The notes under the pieces were generated by a model. It had not been told where the DNA came from. It made no database searches and saw only the letters and a program-made list of their open reading frames with translations. Position numbers and translations under genes: made by a program. This document shows, piece after piece, positions 46,959-55,791 of a DNA stretch of 64,000 bases. The first letter of the stretch is position 1; each line of letters begins with the position of its first letter. Origin of the DNA: a virus; IMG/VR virus record IMGVR_UViG_3300020421_001669, positions 64,001 to 128,000 of that record. The stretch is one strand, 5' to 3'.

Positions 46959-47180
46959 GTGAAAATGAATGAGAAGATTCTCATAGAACATTATTCAAAG
47001 AAACTTGCAGAACTAAACGAATTATTGGATAGTGGTATGTTAAGTTTCTCGGAGTATGATGAATTAGTGAAAGATTTTAGAGATGTAAGGGCAATTGAGT
47101 CCGATATTGAGGATATTAAGTTAAAAGTATTCGCTGGTGCGGTGGTATCTAGCCTCTCGCCCCAAATTAAATCTTTATAA
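46959..47180 (+). CDS. Hypothetical protein
   Basis: AAGGAG SD; ORF. Confidence 0.6.
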   Translation: MKMNEKILIEHYSKKLAELNELLDSGMLSFSEYDELVKDFRDVRAIESDIEDIKLKVFAGAVVSSLSPQIKSL

Positions 47181-47183
47181 ATA
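47176..47183 (+). promoter_or_regulatory. T4-type late promoter TATAAATA
   Basis: Exact consensus. Confidence 0.8.
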
Positions 47184-47191
47184 GTCATACT

Positions 47192-49498
47192 ATGGAAAAG
47201 ACTTTTGCAGACTTTGTAGATATACCAGAGCTTGAAGAAGGTGTCAATGACCCTGCTATCTTCAAAGCAGTTTTCCTTGCCGGCGGGCCTGGGTCTGGTA
47301 AGTCTTTCATGGTTGGACAAACAGGTCTAACTGGATTGGGTTTCAAGATAGTCAACTCTGACACGGCATTTGAGATGGCCATCAAAAAAGAATTCTCAGA
47401 TAAAATATCACCCATGTCTCCCGAAAATATTTTTTCACTCAAAGGTCAATCTCTCAGAGACCGCGCTAAATTTACAACACAAAAAAGAAAAGATGGATAT
47501 CTTGCTGGTAGACTTGGATTAGTTATTGACGGTACTGGTAGAGAGTACGACAAAATATCAAAACAAAAAGCAGAACTAGAAAAACTGGGATATGAAACTG
47601 CCATGATAATGGTAAATACATCCCTACAAACTGCTGTTGGCAGAGACCAAGCAAGAGACAGGACATTGGGTAAGGCCGCTATCACTCCAATGTGGAAAGC
47701 AGTTCAACAAAACATTGGTAAATTTTCAAACCTTTTTAAACAGAATTTTTATATTGTAGATAATTCAGATGGTGCCGACTTTAAAAAGGGTGCGTTGTCT
47801 GTATATAGAAGTCTTATGTCTTGGTCAAAGAGACCACCACAAGACAGACGGGCGAAGGCATGGATTAAAGACCAGAAACAACAACGCAATATTAAAGAGG
47901 AATTACCACCACATTTAAAAAGACATTTCGATAAGAAAGGAAATGTAATCAAGGGTACATGGAAGGATGGTAAGTGGAGTCCAAATAAGAAACAACCAAA
48001 AATAAAAACCACTATCAAGGATGTGACACCAAAAGGATATGGCCCAACCGAAGATATCAAGAACATGGATATGGGTGATGTCATCAAAGATTTTTACAAG
48101 AGTGATGCACCTCAGTTCAAAGGCAAATCCAAGAAGAAACGCAGAGAGATGGCGATTGCCGCTAAACTTTCCACTGAAGGAGTTTTTGACAGGGATTCCA
48201 AATCAAACTCTTTCAACAGAACTAAGTCTAAAACCACAAAAGTAAAATTGGGTACTAAGGGTGGTAAACCAGTATACGGAAAATCTACTGCACCACAAGG
48301 ATTCCCAAAACTATCTAGTGAAGAAAGAGCTCAAATGGCAATGGAAGATTTACGCAAGTGGTTTGGTAAAGGCCCAAAAGGTGATTGGGTTCGCGTAGGT
48401 ACAGACGGTGAAATTAAAGGAGATTGTGCAAGAGAGCCTGGCGAAGGTAAACCAAAGTGTATGCCTCGTTCAAAAGCTCACAGTATGTCTAAAGATGACA
48501 GAGCAACATCTGCCAGAAGAAAACGCAGAAAAGACCCAGTTGCAGACAGAAAGGGTAAAGGTGGAAAACCAGTTATGGTTAAAACCGATGTCAAAGAAGA
48601 TGTCCAAATTAGTAGGTACGAATGGGGTAGACCAGATGGTACTGCTTATATGAAAGCATTAACGCCTGGCGAGCCTGGAAAAACTACTAAAAAGAACAGG
48701 TCTAATGGAAATAAGAAACATTACAAAGCAGTAATGGAAGCAGGAGATACAGAAGAATTAAAATCAATAGCATCTGCAACCCATGACCAAATGCACAAAG
48801 ATGTAGATGGGACTCAAGATGACTTTGAGGGAATTATCACTCTTGATACCATTGATAACGATTGGACTGCAATATTCACGGAACCAGAAATAGAAGCACT
48901 TGAACACGAAGTTGATGAATTATCTTTTGAAGATATGATGGGTCTGGGAATGTATGACGAAGACGAATTAGAAGATTTTGAGGCATTTGACCAAGATATA
49001 GACTGGCACGATGAAGTACAAATAACTGAAGTTCTATCCATTCAAGGTAGAATGAAAAGACGATTCGCTGCTAGAAGAAACAGACAAAAACTCAAAGTTG
49101 CTCGTATGAGAGCCGCGAGGAGGGCAGCTGACCCAACTAGATTGAAGAGGCGTGCTACTCGTGGTGCAAGAAATATGTTGAAGAACAGGATTGCGAGAGG
49201 TAGGGATTTAAGTGCATTGCCACCTGCTGAGAAGGCTCGTATTGAAGGTATGGTTATGAGATTTTCTGGATTAGTATCTAGGATTGCTCAGAGAATGATA
49301 CCTATTGTTCGTAAGAACGAAATGAAAAGATTGAAATCTGGTTCAAGACAGAAATCCCAGAAGGCGAAGAAGTATAATCCAAAGAAAGCATTGGCTTCTG
49401 CTTCAAAACAGAAGGGTAAAAAGTTTAAGGCAAGTAAAAAAACATTTGCTAAACCAAAATTAGCAAGTAAACCAAAGGCGGCGAAGAAAACGAAATGA
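47192..49498 (+). CDS. Multidomain putative head polyprotein: zeta-toxin-like P-loop kinase, small basic domains, gp68-like C-terminus
   Basis: KAVFLAGGPGSGKS, VNSD, LVIDGTG; EDLRKWF...KPKC; EVLSIQGRMKRRFAARR. Confidence 0.7.
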   Translation: MEKTFADFVDIPELEEGVNDPAIFKAVFLAGGPGSGKSFMVGQTGLTGLGFKIVNSDTAFEMAIKKEFSDKISPMSPENIFSLKGQSLRDRAKFTTQKRKDGYLAGRLGLVIDGTGREYDKISKQKAELEKLGYETAMIMVNTSLQTAVGRDQARDRTLGKAAITPMWKAVQQNIGKFSNLFKQNFYIVDNSDGADFKKGALSVYRSLMSWSKRPPQDRRAKAWIKDQKQQRNIKEELPPHLKRHFDKKGNVIKGTWKDGKWSPNKKQPKIKTTIKDVTPKGYGPTEDIKNMDMGDVIKDFYKSDAPQFKGKSKKKRREMAIAAKLSTEGVFDRDSKSNSFNRTKSKTTKVKLGTKGGKPVYGKSTAPQGFPKLSSEERAQMAMEDLRKWFGKGPKGDWVRVGTDGEIKGDCAREPGEGKPKCMPRSKAHSMSKDDRATSARRKRRKDPVADRKGKGGKPVMVKTDVKEDVQISRYEWGRPDGTAYMKALTPGEPGKTTKKNRSNGNKKHYKAVMEAGDTEELKSIASATHDQMHKDVDGTQDDFEGIITLDTIDNDWTAIFTEPEIEALEHEVDELSFEDMMGLGMYDEDELEDFEAFDQDIDWHDEVQITEVLSIQGRMKRRFAARRNRQKLKVARMRAARRAADPTRLKRRATRGARNMLKNRIARGRDLSALPPAEKARIEGMVMRFSGLVSRIAQRMIPIVRKNEMKRLKSGSRQKSQKAKKYNPKKALASASKQKGKKFKASKKTFAKPKLASKPKAAKKTK

Positions 49499-49971
49499 TT
49501 ACATTCAAACAACTATTAGAAAAAAATGTACCGACCAATCCAAAGTTATGGTCTAAATTTAAATCACAAGCAAAATCAAAGTTTGATGTCTATCCTTCAG
49601 CATATGCGAATGGATGGGCTGCTAAACAGTACAAGAAAGCTGGTGGTGGATGGAAGACTGTATCTGAATCTTTATCTGAAGAGACTGGCGAAGAAATCAC
49701 TATTATTACAGAAGAAGGTGAAAAGAAAAAAGTCAAATTAGGTAAAGTCCAGAGAGGTGGTAGTAAGAAATTTTATGTACATGTCAAGAACGATAAAGGC
49801 AATGTTGTCAAAGTATCGTTTGGAGACCCAAATATGGAAATCAAACGAGATGACCCAGAACGCAGAAAGTCATTTCGTGCAAGGCACAATTGTGACAATC
49901 CAGGCCCTCGCTGGAAAGCAAGATACTGGAGTTGTAAGCAATGGAGGGCCGGTTCCAAAGTAGAGGATTAG
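49495..49971 (+). CDS. Two-domain basic protein (DUF5872-like + DUF6321-like)
   Basis: KFDVYPSAYANGW; KKFYV..KVSFGDPNM..RRKSFRARHNC..ARYWSC. Confidence 0.7.
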   Translation: MITFKQLLEKNVPTNPKLWSKFKSQAKSKFDVYPSAYANGWAAKQYKKAGGGWKTVSESLSEETGEEITIITEEGEKKKVKLGKVQRGGSKKFYVHVKNDKGNVVKVSFGDPNMEIKRDDPERRKSFRARHNCDNPGPRWKARYWSCKQWRAGSKVED

Positions 49972-49972
49972 T

Positions 49973-50212
49973 ATGATTGAGTGGTTAAAGCGGTTACTTT
50001 ACGAAGAGTGGGAGATAACAATTTTCTATCCCGCTGAGACAAGAGTATTAGCAGATGGAACCAGAGTCGAAAGTTTGAAACCAAAAACATATAGGGCGAA
50101 AGCTTTAAAAAAGATATCGGAAAAACATTTTAAGTTCGTTGATACTGAAGGTGTATTGCACGAAATTAGAGTGGTAAGTCCTGTAGGATATGATATCAAG
50201 AAGGTTTACTAA
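49973..50212 (+). CDS. Hypothetical protein
   Basis: GAGG SD; ORF. Confidence 0.6.
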   Translation: MIEWLKRLLYEEWEITIFYPAETRVLADGTRVESLKPKTYRAKALKKISEKHFKFVDTEGVLHEIRVVSPVGYDIKKVY

Positions 50213-50252
50213 TATTATGTTCCTGTGATTGGAATCCCTAGCACTTGAACTT

Positions 50253-50260
50253 TATAAATA
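50253..50260 (+). promoter_or_regulatory. T4-type late promoter TATAAATA
   Basis: Exact consensus. Confidence 0.8.
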
Positions 50261-50294
50261 ATACCTATAAACAAATTTATATTGGAGACACCAA

Positions 50295-52223
50295 ATGTCC
50301 AGCAGATTAGACAGAATAATTAGGGAAGTTCTTGAAGGCGGAGAAAGTACCCTATTAGAAGCGGATATGTCAAGAAGACTTGATATGCTCGTAAGACAGG
50401 GATTAATGCCTGCATCACAATTACCCATTTTAAAACGCGGTTTAGAGAAATTCAATCAAGGTAAAGTGCCTGCGCCGAATGAAAGAAACGCGGTCAACAC
50501 ACTATTGAACGGTATGATGTTCATCGTACTAGGTGACGATACTGTATTCAATAGAGCAAGAACCTCTGTACAACAGAAGAAATATCAAACAGAAGAAGAG
50601 AAAAAAGATTACGATTCTGATAAAGAACACACTATGGATCCTACTAGTCATGTCAAGAAAGAGGGTGAGAAGTTCTGCGTATATGATATGAAAGGTAAGA
50701 AAGTTGCTAGTTTTGAGACAAAAGACGAAGCAGATGCATATGCTAAAAAGAATCACGATGACCTCATGAACGAAGAACTAGAAGAAAACAGAGCAGCTTT
50801 CTCAGGCGCTGCTGACAGAAATAGACTTCTAAAAAAATTACAAAAAACTGGTAAGGTCGCTGATGAAATTGGTGAACCAAAAAAACGAGCGGCCGCCAAA
50901 AAAGAACTTCCTAAAATAATGAAACAGTTGGACACAGGAATTAGGGAAGAAGAACAACTAGACGAGTACGGTGCAATGTCAAGTGATAAGGCATCACATA
51001 ATACTGGTGGATTCAGAATTTCAAATAAAGACGCAGCTGCTGCTAAAGAAAGAGCAAAGAAAAAGAGTGCAGAGAAACGCGACAAGTTATCAAATATAAT
51101 CAAAAAGAACACCATTCAGAAAGGGCCTATGAAAGGTTACATGACGGATGAAGTTAATCAAGGGGAAGAAAAAATGGATATTGATTGGACAAAAAATCCT
51201 TTCGCTCAAGCAAAAGCCATAGAGGAAGGTAAATTTAAGGATATGGCTACTAGGGCATCCGAAGACGAAAGACTCAAGGCAGAGAAAAAAGCTAAAAGAC
51301 TTTCTGATAAGAAGGGTAGAGAAGAAAAAGAAACTGACCCAGGCTTGAAGACTGAAGGTGTTGCTAAGAATACTCTTGATATCTATCAGGCTGCTAAAGA
51401 CTCGAAAGATAAAAAATCTCTCAAGTCTATGGAAAAACAGATGGACAAGGCAGTTGATAAAGCAAACGCTAAACTCAAGGAAGAACTAGAAGGACTACCA
51501 GAGTTAGATGCAATGGACTATGAGATGTGGGAAGCATATCAGTCCCCTACAAAGAACAACTACACCGACAAGGAACTTAGACAGGCGAAAGGTATCGCAT
51601 TTGATAAGAGATACAAAGGCGGTAACATGACAGGTGCTGCTAAGGCAATGGAGAAAATCAAGAAAGGTTTATCCGACCATCCTGTTGCTTCTAAAGCATT
51701 AAGAAAAGCAAACGAAGAGAACATGAAAGATGAGTGGTTGGACTTGTTTGATGGTGTAGAAGATTTCAATGAAATTATGGAGATGTCTTACAAAGAGAAG
51801 TTTACTTCTATGTTGAAGAAGACAGGTAAATCTCTTGCTGGTATGTCACCAGAAGAGAAGAAGAAATTCTTTAACAAAGTAGATGGCGCCCACGATGCAG
51901 TAAACGAGAACAAAGCATTTAGAGATGCTGCTAGGGATTACTCAAAAGATGATAAAAGAGGTATGGCACCCTTAAAGAAGGATGCACCTAAAGTATCAGA
52001 CGCGAAGAACGCCAAAGAAATCGAACATATCGTTCCTCAAATGAGGAAAGCTATTTCAGTAGGTAAGAAAGTACAATTCAAAGATGGTAAACATCACACA
52101 GTTTCCAAGGCACACGCCGCTAAATTCTTGAATAAATACATGAGTGGCAAACCTGCTGATAAAGAAAAAATGCAATCGCATGCCCACGCAAGTCATAAGA
52201 ACTTTATGGATCATGCAAAATAG
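50295..52223 (+). CDS. Highly charged modular protein, putative head polyprotein
   Basis: Lys-rich modules separated by hydrophobic-X-E junctions. Confidence 0.65.
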   Translation: MSSRLDRIIREVLEGGESTLLEADMSRRLDMLVRQGLMPASQLPILKRGLEKFNQGKVPAPNERNAVNTLLNGMMFIVLGDDTVFNRARTSVQQKKYQTEEEKKDYDSDKEHTMDPTSHVKKEGEKFCVYDMKGKKVASFETKDEADAYAKKNHDDLMNEELEENRAAFSGAADRNRLLKKLQKTGKVADEIGEPKKRAAAKKELPKIMKQLDTGIREEEQLDEYGAMSSDKASHNTGGFRISNKDAAAAKERAKKKSAEKRDKLSNIIKKNTIQKGPMKGYMTDEVNQGEEKMDIDWTKNPFAQAKAIEEGKFKDMATRASEDERLKAEKKAKRLSDKKGREEKETDPGLKTEGVAKNTLDIYQAAKDSKDKKSLKSMEKQMDKAVDKANAKLKEELEGLPELDAMDYEMWEAYQSPTKNNYTDKELRQAKGIAFDKRYKGGNMTGAAKAMEKIKKGLSDHPVASKALRKANEENMKDEWLDLFDGVEDFNEIMEMSYKEKFTSMLKKTGKSLAGMSPEEKKKFFNKVDGAHDAVNENKAFRDAARDYSKDDKRGMAPLKKDAPKVSDAKNAKEIEHIVPQMRKAISVGKKVQFKDGKHHTVSKAHAAKFLNKYMSGKPADKEKMQSHAHASHKNFMDHAK

Positions 52224-52256
52224 TTTTAATAACCAAAAACACATAGGAGAGAAAAA

Positions 52257-52847
52257 ATGAGTGGATGGGGAGCAACTGATTCAGACGAATCAAAACCAAA
52301 GTGGTTAACAGCAGACCAAAAAGAAGATGTCTTTGCTAACTCTAGTGGTTGGGTTGTAAAAGCTGGGTCAACTATGACAGGAAATGGCAATACAAGTGCC
52401 ACTCCAGAAGTTTTAGTTGCACTTGGTTCACTTGCGACTTCACTAGGACAAGCAACTATTGATGCTGTAGATTTTGTAAGCACAGCGTTTGATGTTTCAG
52501 ACGGAGGCGTAATTTCAGCTGAAGTCAGTTACAACGAACAAGTAACCGTAGCAACAGCATTCCCGCTGTTAGTTTTAACAAACAACCAAGCGGGTGGTGG
52601 TTCAGCAGCTAGTGTTACACTAACAATGGATGGAACTTTACCAGTAACTTCTGATAAACTTACATTTAGTGTTACAATAGGTGCTGGTGGTTCAACAATT
52701 GTTGCAGACGATGTACTTTCAATTGGAGCACAATCACTTAACCTCAACGGCGGTACAATCGTTGACACAATCGGTGGTGGAAATGCAGAAAGAGCAATCA
52801 CAGCTGCACAGGGAACTGCTGGTGGAACACTAACCGCAACTGCATAA
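52257..52847 (+). CDS. Virion structural protein (decoration/fibre-like)
   Basis: WG.TD.DE.KPKWL...EVLVA N-terminus; Gly/Ala/Thr beta-rich. Confidence 0.65.
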   Translation: MSGWGATDSDESKPKWLTADQKEDVFANSSGWVVKAGSTMTGNGNTSATPEVLVALGSLATSLGQATIDAVDFVSTAFDVSDGGVISAEVSYNEQVTVATAFPLLVLTNNQAGGGSAASVTLTMDGTLPVTSDKLTFSVTIGAGGSTIVADDVLSIGAQSLNLNGGTIVDTIGGGNAERAITAAQGTAGGTLTATA

Positions 52848-52858
52848 GGAGATAAAGC

Positions 52859-52909
52859 ATGTGTAAATGTTGCAAGTGTTGTACATGTACATGCCCAGAG
52901 TGTAACTAA
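52859..52909 (+). CDS. 16-aa Cys-rich micropeptide (MCKCCKCCTCTCPECN)
   Basis: AAGGAG SD 7 nt upstream; TAATG coupling to the next gene; 8 Cys. Confidence 0.6.
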   Translation: MCKCCKCCTCTCPECN

Positions 52910-53355
52910 TGGCTGATAGTAAACTTTCAGAATTAACGGCAGCTACATCTGTAGCTGCCGCTGACACCTTTTATCTAGTACAAAGTTCTACTAGTAAAGG
53001 TGTGACAGCTGCAAATCTATTCGCTGATGTGGCGACACCTGTATCTTTTTCAGATAAGGTATCAATCGCGGATGTGGATACAGTAACAGGGCCAGGCGCA
53101 GTCTCAGTCGCAACGAATGTGACTAGATTGACAAACCCAGGCACAGGTGGTACACTAACCATTGGTGCTGGTACAGAAGGTCAATTGAAAATTATTGTTA
53201 TGGATGGCAATTCTAGTGCGGTAACACTGACACTAGATGATTCAGACTTGGGTCACGACACCATTACATTCAATAATGCTGGTGATACGGCAACCCTCAT
53301 ATATACTAATAGTAAATGGTGGATGATAGGGGGAACTGCTACAGTTGCCAATTAG
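52909..53355 (+). CDS. Virion structural protein
   Basis: MADSKLSELTAAT-type N-terminus; G..GQ.K.I and W motifs of fibre-like proteins. Confidence 0.65.
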   Translation: MADSKLSELTAATSVAAADTFYLVQSSTSKGVTAANLFADVATPVSFSDKVSIADVDTVTGPGAVSVATNVTRLTNPGTGGTLTIGAGTEGQLKIIVMDGNSSAVTLTLDDSDLGHDTITFNNAGDTATLIYTNSKWWMIGGTATVAN

Positions 53356-53375
53356 ATAATAAAAAGATTTTATGA

Positions 53376-53753
53376 ATGATTGAATTGAATGAAGAGAACT
53401 ATTTAGTATACGCATTGAAGAATTATAATAGTCCAGAGTGTTCTGGAATGGATGATTTTGAAGAAGATATCAAGCGTTTTAAATACCTAAAAAGGTTATT
53501 TCGTAGGTACGAAAGAACAGAGGTTTTAAACGACAGACTTATTTTAAATCATCTTATAGTATTATACAATGTTTTCGACAAGGCGGCGACACCCTTGCTG
53601 TTCTATAAAATAGACAAAGAACATTGGCCTATACTAAAAACTTTTCTGGTATTCTTGAATAGGATGCCAATGGAACAGATAATCACTGGTGGTGTTAGGG
53701 GAGATGATATCCAACTAGACATGAAAGTGATTAATATTTTAAGGAAAATTTAA
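53376..53753 (+). CDS. Conserved T4-like hypothetical protein
   Basis: FEEDIKRFKYLKRLF, RLILNHLIVLYNVF. Confidence 0.8.
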   Translation: MIELNEENYLVYALKNYNSPECSGMDDFEEDIKRFKYLKRLFRRYERTEVLNDRLILNHLIVLYNVFDKAATPLLFYKIDKEHWPILKTFLVFLNRMPMEQIITGGVRGDDIQLDMKVINILRKI

Positions 53754-54298
53754 TGTCCAGAGTTGTAGACAGTTTAATCGCATATAGGATACTTAGGATG
53801 TTCTCACAACCTATTAAGAAACATCCAGCGTATCTCATGGGAATTGTCGATGCAGACGGTAACAAGATAAAAGAACCATCTGGTTCTCAAGAATTGGATG
53901 CATATACTTTACTGGACAAACTCGCTTTTAAAATTAAGCGAGCGTTAATGAAGTCTCCAGATAGAACCTCTAAAAGACTTCTTACATTTGCTGCCGCTAT
54001 TGCTCTTCTACGCGAAAATAAAAATGTAGAAGATATGGAAGATGGTGAGTTTGAGGCATTGATTGATTTGTATTCAGAAGATGAAGATGTAATCAAAGAA
54101 TCAAAAATGTTAGAAATGGGTAGAACACCTTTCACCTATTTCGCCTTGGATGAAGAGATTGCAAATGTAGCAGGCCCGATGGGTGGTGGTGCAATTGCTG
54201 GTATAGGAACAGGCCCACAAGGAGAACCCGGCCGAAACCCTAGTCTCATGCCTCTTCAAAGAAGGAAGAAAAAGAGGCAATCTAATGGCAAACGGTAG
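53753..54298 (+). CDS. Conserved T4-like hypothetical protein
   Basis: AY..GIVDADG and EEIAN...GAIAG motifs. Confidence 0.75.
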   Translation: MSRVVDSLIAYRILRMFSQPIKKHPAYLMGIVDADGNKIKEPSGSQELDAYTLLDKLAFKIKRALMKSPDRTSKRLLTFAAAIALLRENKNVEDMEDGEFEALIDLYSEDEDVIKESKMLEMGRTPFTYFALDEEIANVAGPMGGGAIAGIGTGPQGEPGRNPSLMPLQRRKKKRQSNGKR

Positions 54299-54734
54299 TA
54301 TCGAAACGAAAATCGCAGTTATGGAACAAGACCTCAAACAAATGACAGGTTTGTTTGATAGACTAGACATTTCCATAGAAAAAATCACTGAACTAAATAT
54401 TAGTATAAAGGAAGTTTTAGCTGTGCATGAACAACGAATTACCGCAACGGAGGTTGACATAGAAAGAACATACGATACTTTTGAGGAGAAGTACGAACAA
54501 CTACACTCTCGTATATCAACAGTAAACCGAGAGATATCTAAAGAACTAAAAGACAATACTAATTCTGTACAAGATGCATTAAAAGAACTTACTCTTTTAA
54601 TCTCAGAACACGCGAATCAACATGATGACAGAATTAGGTCTCTTGAAAAGAGACAATGGATGATGATGGGTGCTGCTGCTGTTCTGGGCTTTTTAATAGG
54701 GAATACCGAGTTTTTTCAATTGATTCTCTCTTAA
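54285..54734 (+). CDS. Coiled-coil protein with C-terminal TM
   Basis: LAVHEQRI, RIRSLEKRQW followed by a hydrophobic tail. Confidence 0.7.
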   Translation: MANGSIETKIAVMEQDLKQMTGLFDRLDISIEKITELNISIKEVLAVHEQRITATEVDIERTYDTFEEKYEQLHSRISTVNREISKELKDNTNSVQDALKELTLLISEHANQHDDRIRSLEKRQWMMMGAAAVLGFLIGNTEFFQLILS

Positions 54735-54752
54735 ATTTTATGGATTTTTGTT

Positions 54753-55742
54753 ATGATTATTTTATCAACTTTTGATGAAAGATTTGATGATTTGATAAGA
54801 GGTGACTATGAACATGAAGATGTCATGGTCTACAATGCCGAAGAAATAGAAATCAGGTCAGATTTCGATTACTCCAAACTAAAAACAAAATCTTATACTG
54901 AAGTTACTGGTAACATTGATGGCATCGACTCTATCGATTCACCTGTTTATCCTTGGTTCTGGTTGACAGATACGATTAGACACTGCTGGGATTTATCTTG
55001 GAATAAAGAACAACAGGACACATTGTCTGGAACAGACCCCAAACAATACTGGCAAACATCAAAGGAACCATCGACACTTTTTACATGTATGTTAGGACAA
55101 GGCCGTCCACATAGAAAAGTCATTTTTGATTTTCTTGAATTTTATAACATGCCGTTAAAATATGTAAGTTTTGCTACCAAGGGTATCTGGATAGATTTGA
55201 GACCAGAAACAATTTACCACAACAAGAATATAGATGAATTAGATTATCTGGTATGGACAGGTCAAAATAGACAGAAGACACATAGATTTCCTCCTTGGTA
55301 TGATGAGGTATTGATAGACTTAGTAGTGGAAACACATGACGATGCAGTTTTTTATACAGAGAAAACTTGGAAACCTTTTTTGGGTATGAGACTGCCTATG
55401 ATTTTTGGTGGTGCTGGTATGAATGTCTTTTTAAAAGATAATGGATTTAAATTTGCAGACAATTTAATTGATTATTCTTATGATAAAGTAGAAGACCCAT
55501 ATCTCAGAGCACAAGCCTTAGTTTCAGAACTTAAAAGACTCAATGAATTAGACTTGAATACATTACATCATGAGACTTTGGAAATACGAAAATATAACCA
55601 GAAAAGAGCCCTAGAGATACCAAAAGAGATTGATGTGCCAAAGTTCCGCAAATATGAGGAAACCCACCAACACGCGATTGGTATTGGTAGTGCTATAATT
55701 AACGAAGATTATAGCTATTTTGTAGAAGATTTTTCAAAATAA
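54753..55742 (+). CDS. Glycosyltransferase-like protein
   Basis: R.HR, LVVET...FYTEKTWKP...P.IFG, GF, IDYSYD pattern. Confidence 0.55.
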   Translation: MIILSTFDERFDDLIRGDYEHEDVMVYNAEEIEIRSDFDYSKLKTKSYTEVTGNIDGIDSIDSPVYPWFWLTDTIRHCWDLSWNKEQQDTLSGTDPKQYWQTSKEPSTLFTCMLGQGRPHRKVIFDFLEFYNMPLKYVSFATKGIWIDLRPETIYHNKNIDELDYLVWTGQNRQKTHRFPPWYDEVLIDLVVETHDDAVFYTEKTWKPFLGMRLPMIFGGAGMNVFLKDNGFKFADNLIDYSYDKVEDPYLRAQALVSELKRLNELDLNTLHHETLEIRKYNQKRALEIPKEIDVPKFRKYEETHQHAIGIGSAIINEDYSYFVEDFSK

Positions 55743-55755
55743 TTTAAAAAATCGC

Positions 55756-55784
55756 TTGACTTCTGCCCCCGGCGAATGTATAAT
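55756..55784 (+). promoter_or_regulatory. Sigma70 promoter for primase (leaderless)
   Basis: TTGACT-N17-TATAAT; ATG 7 nt downstream. Confidence 0.78.
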
Positions 55785-55791
55785 ATGACCT

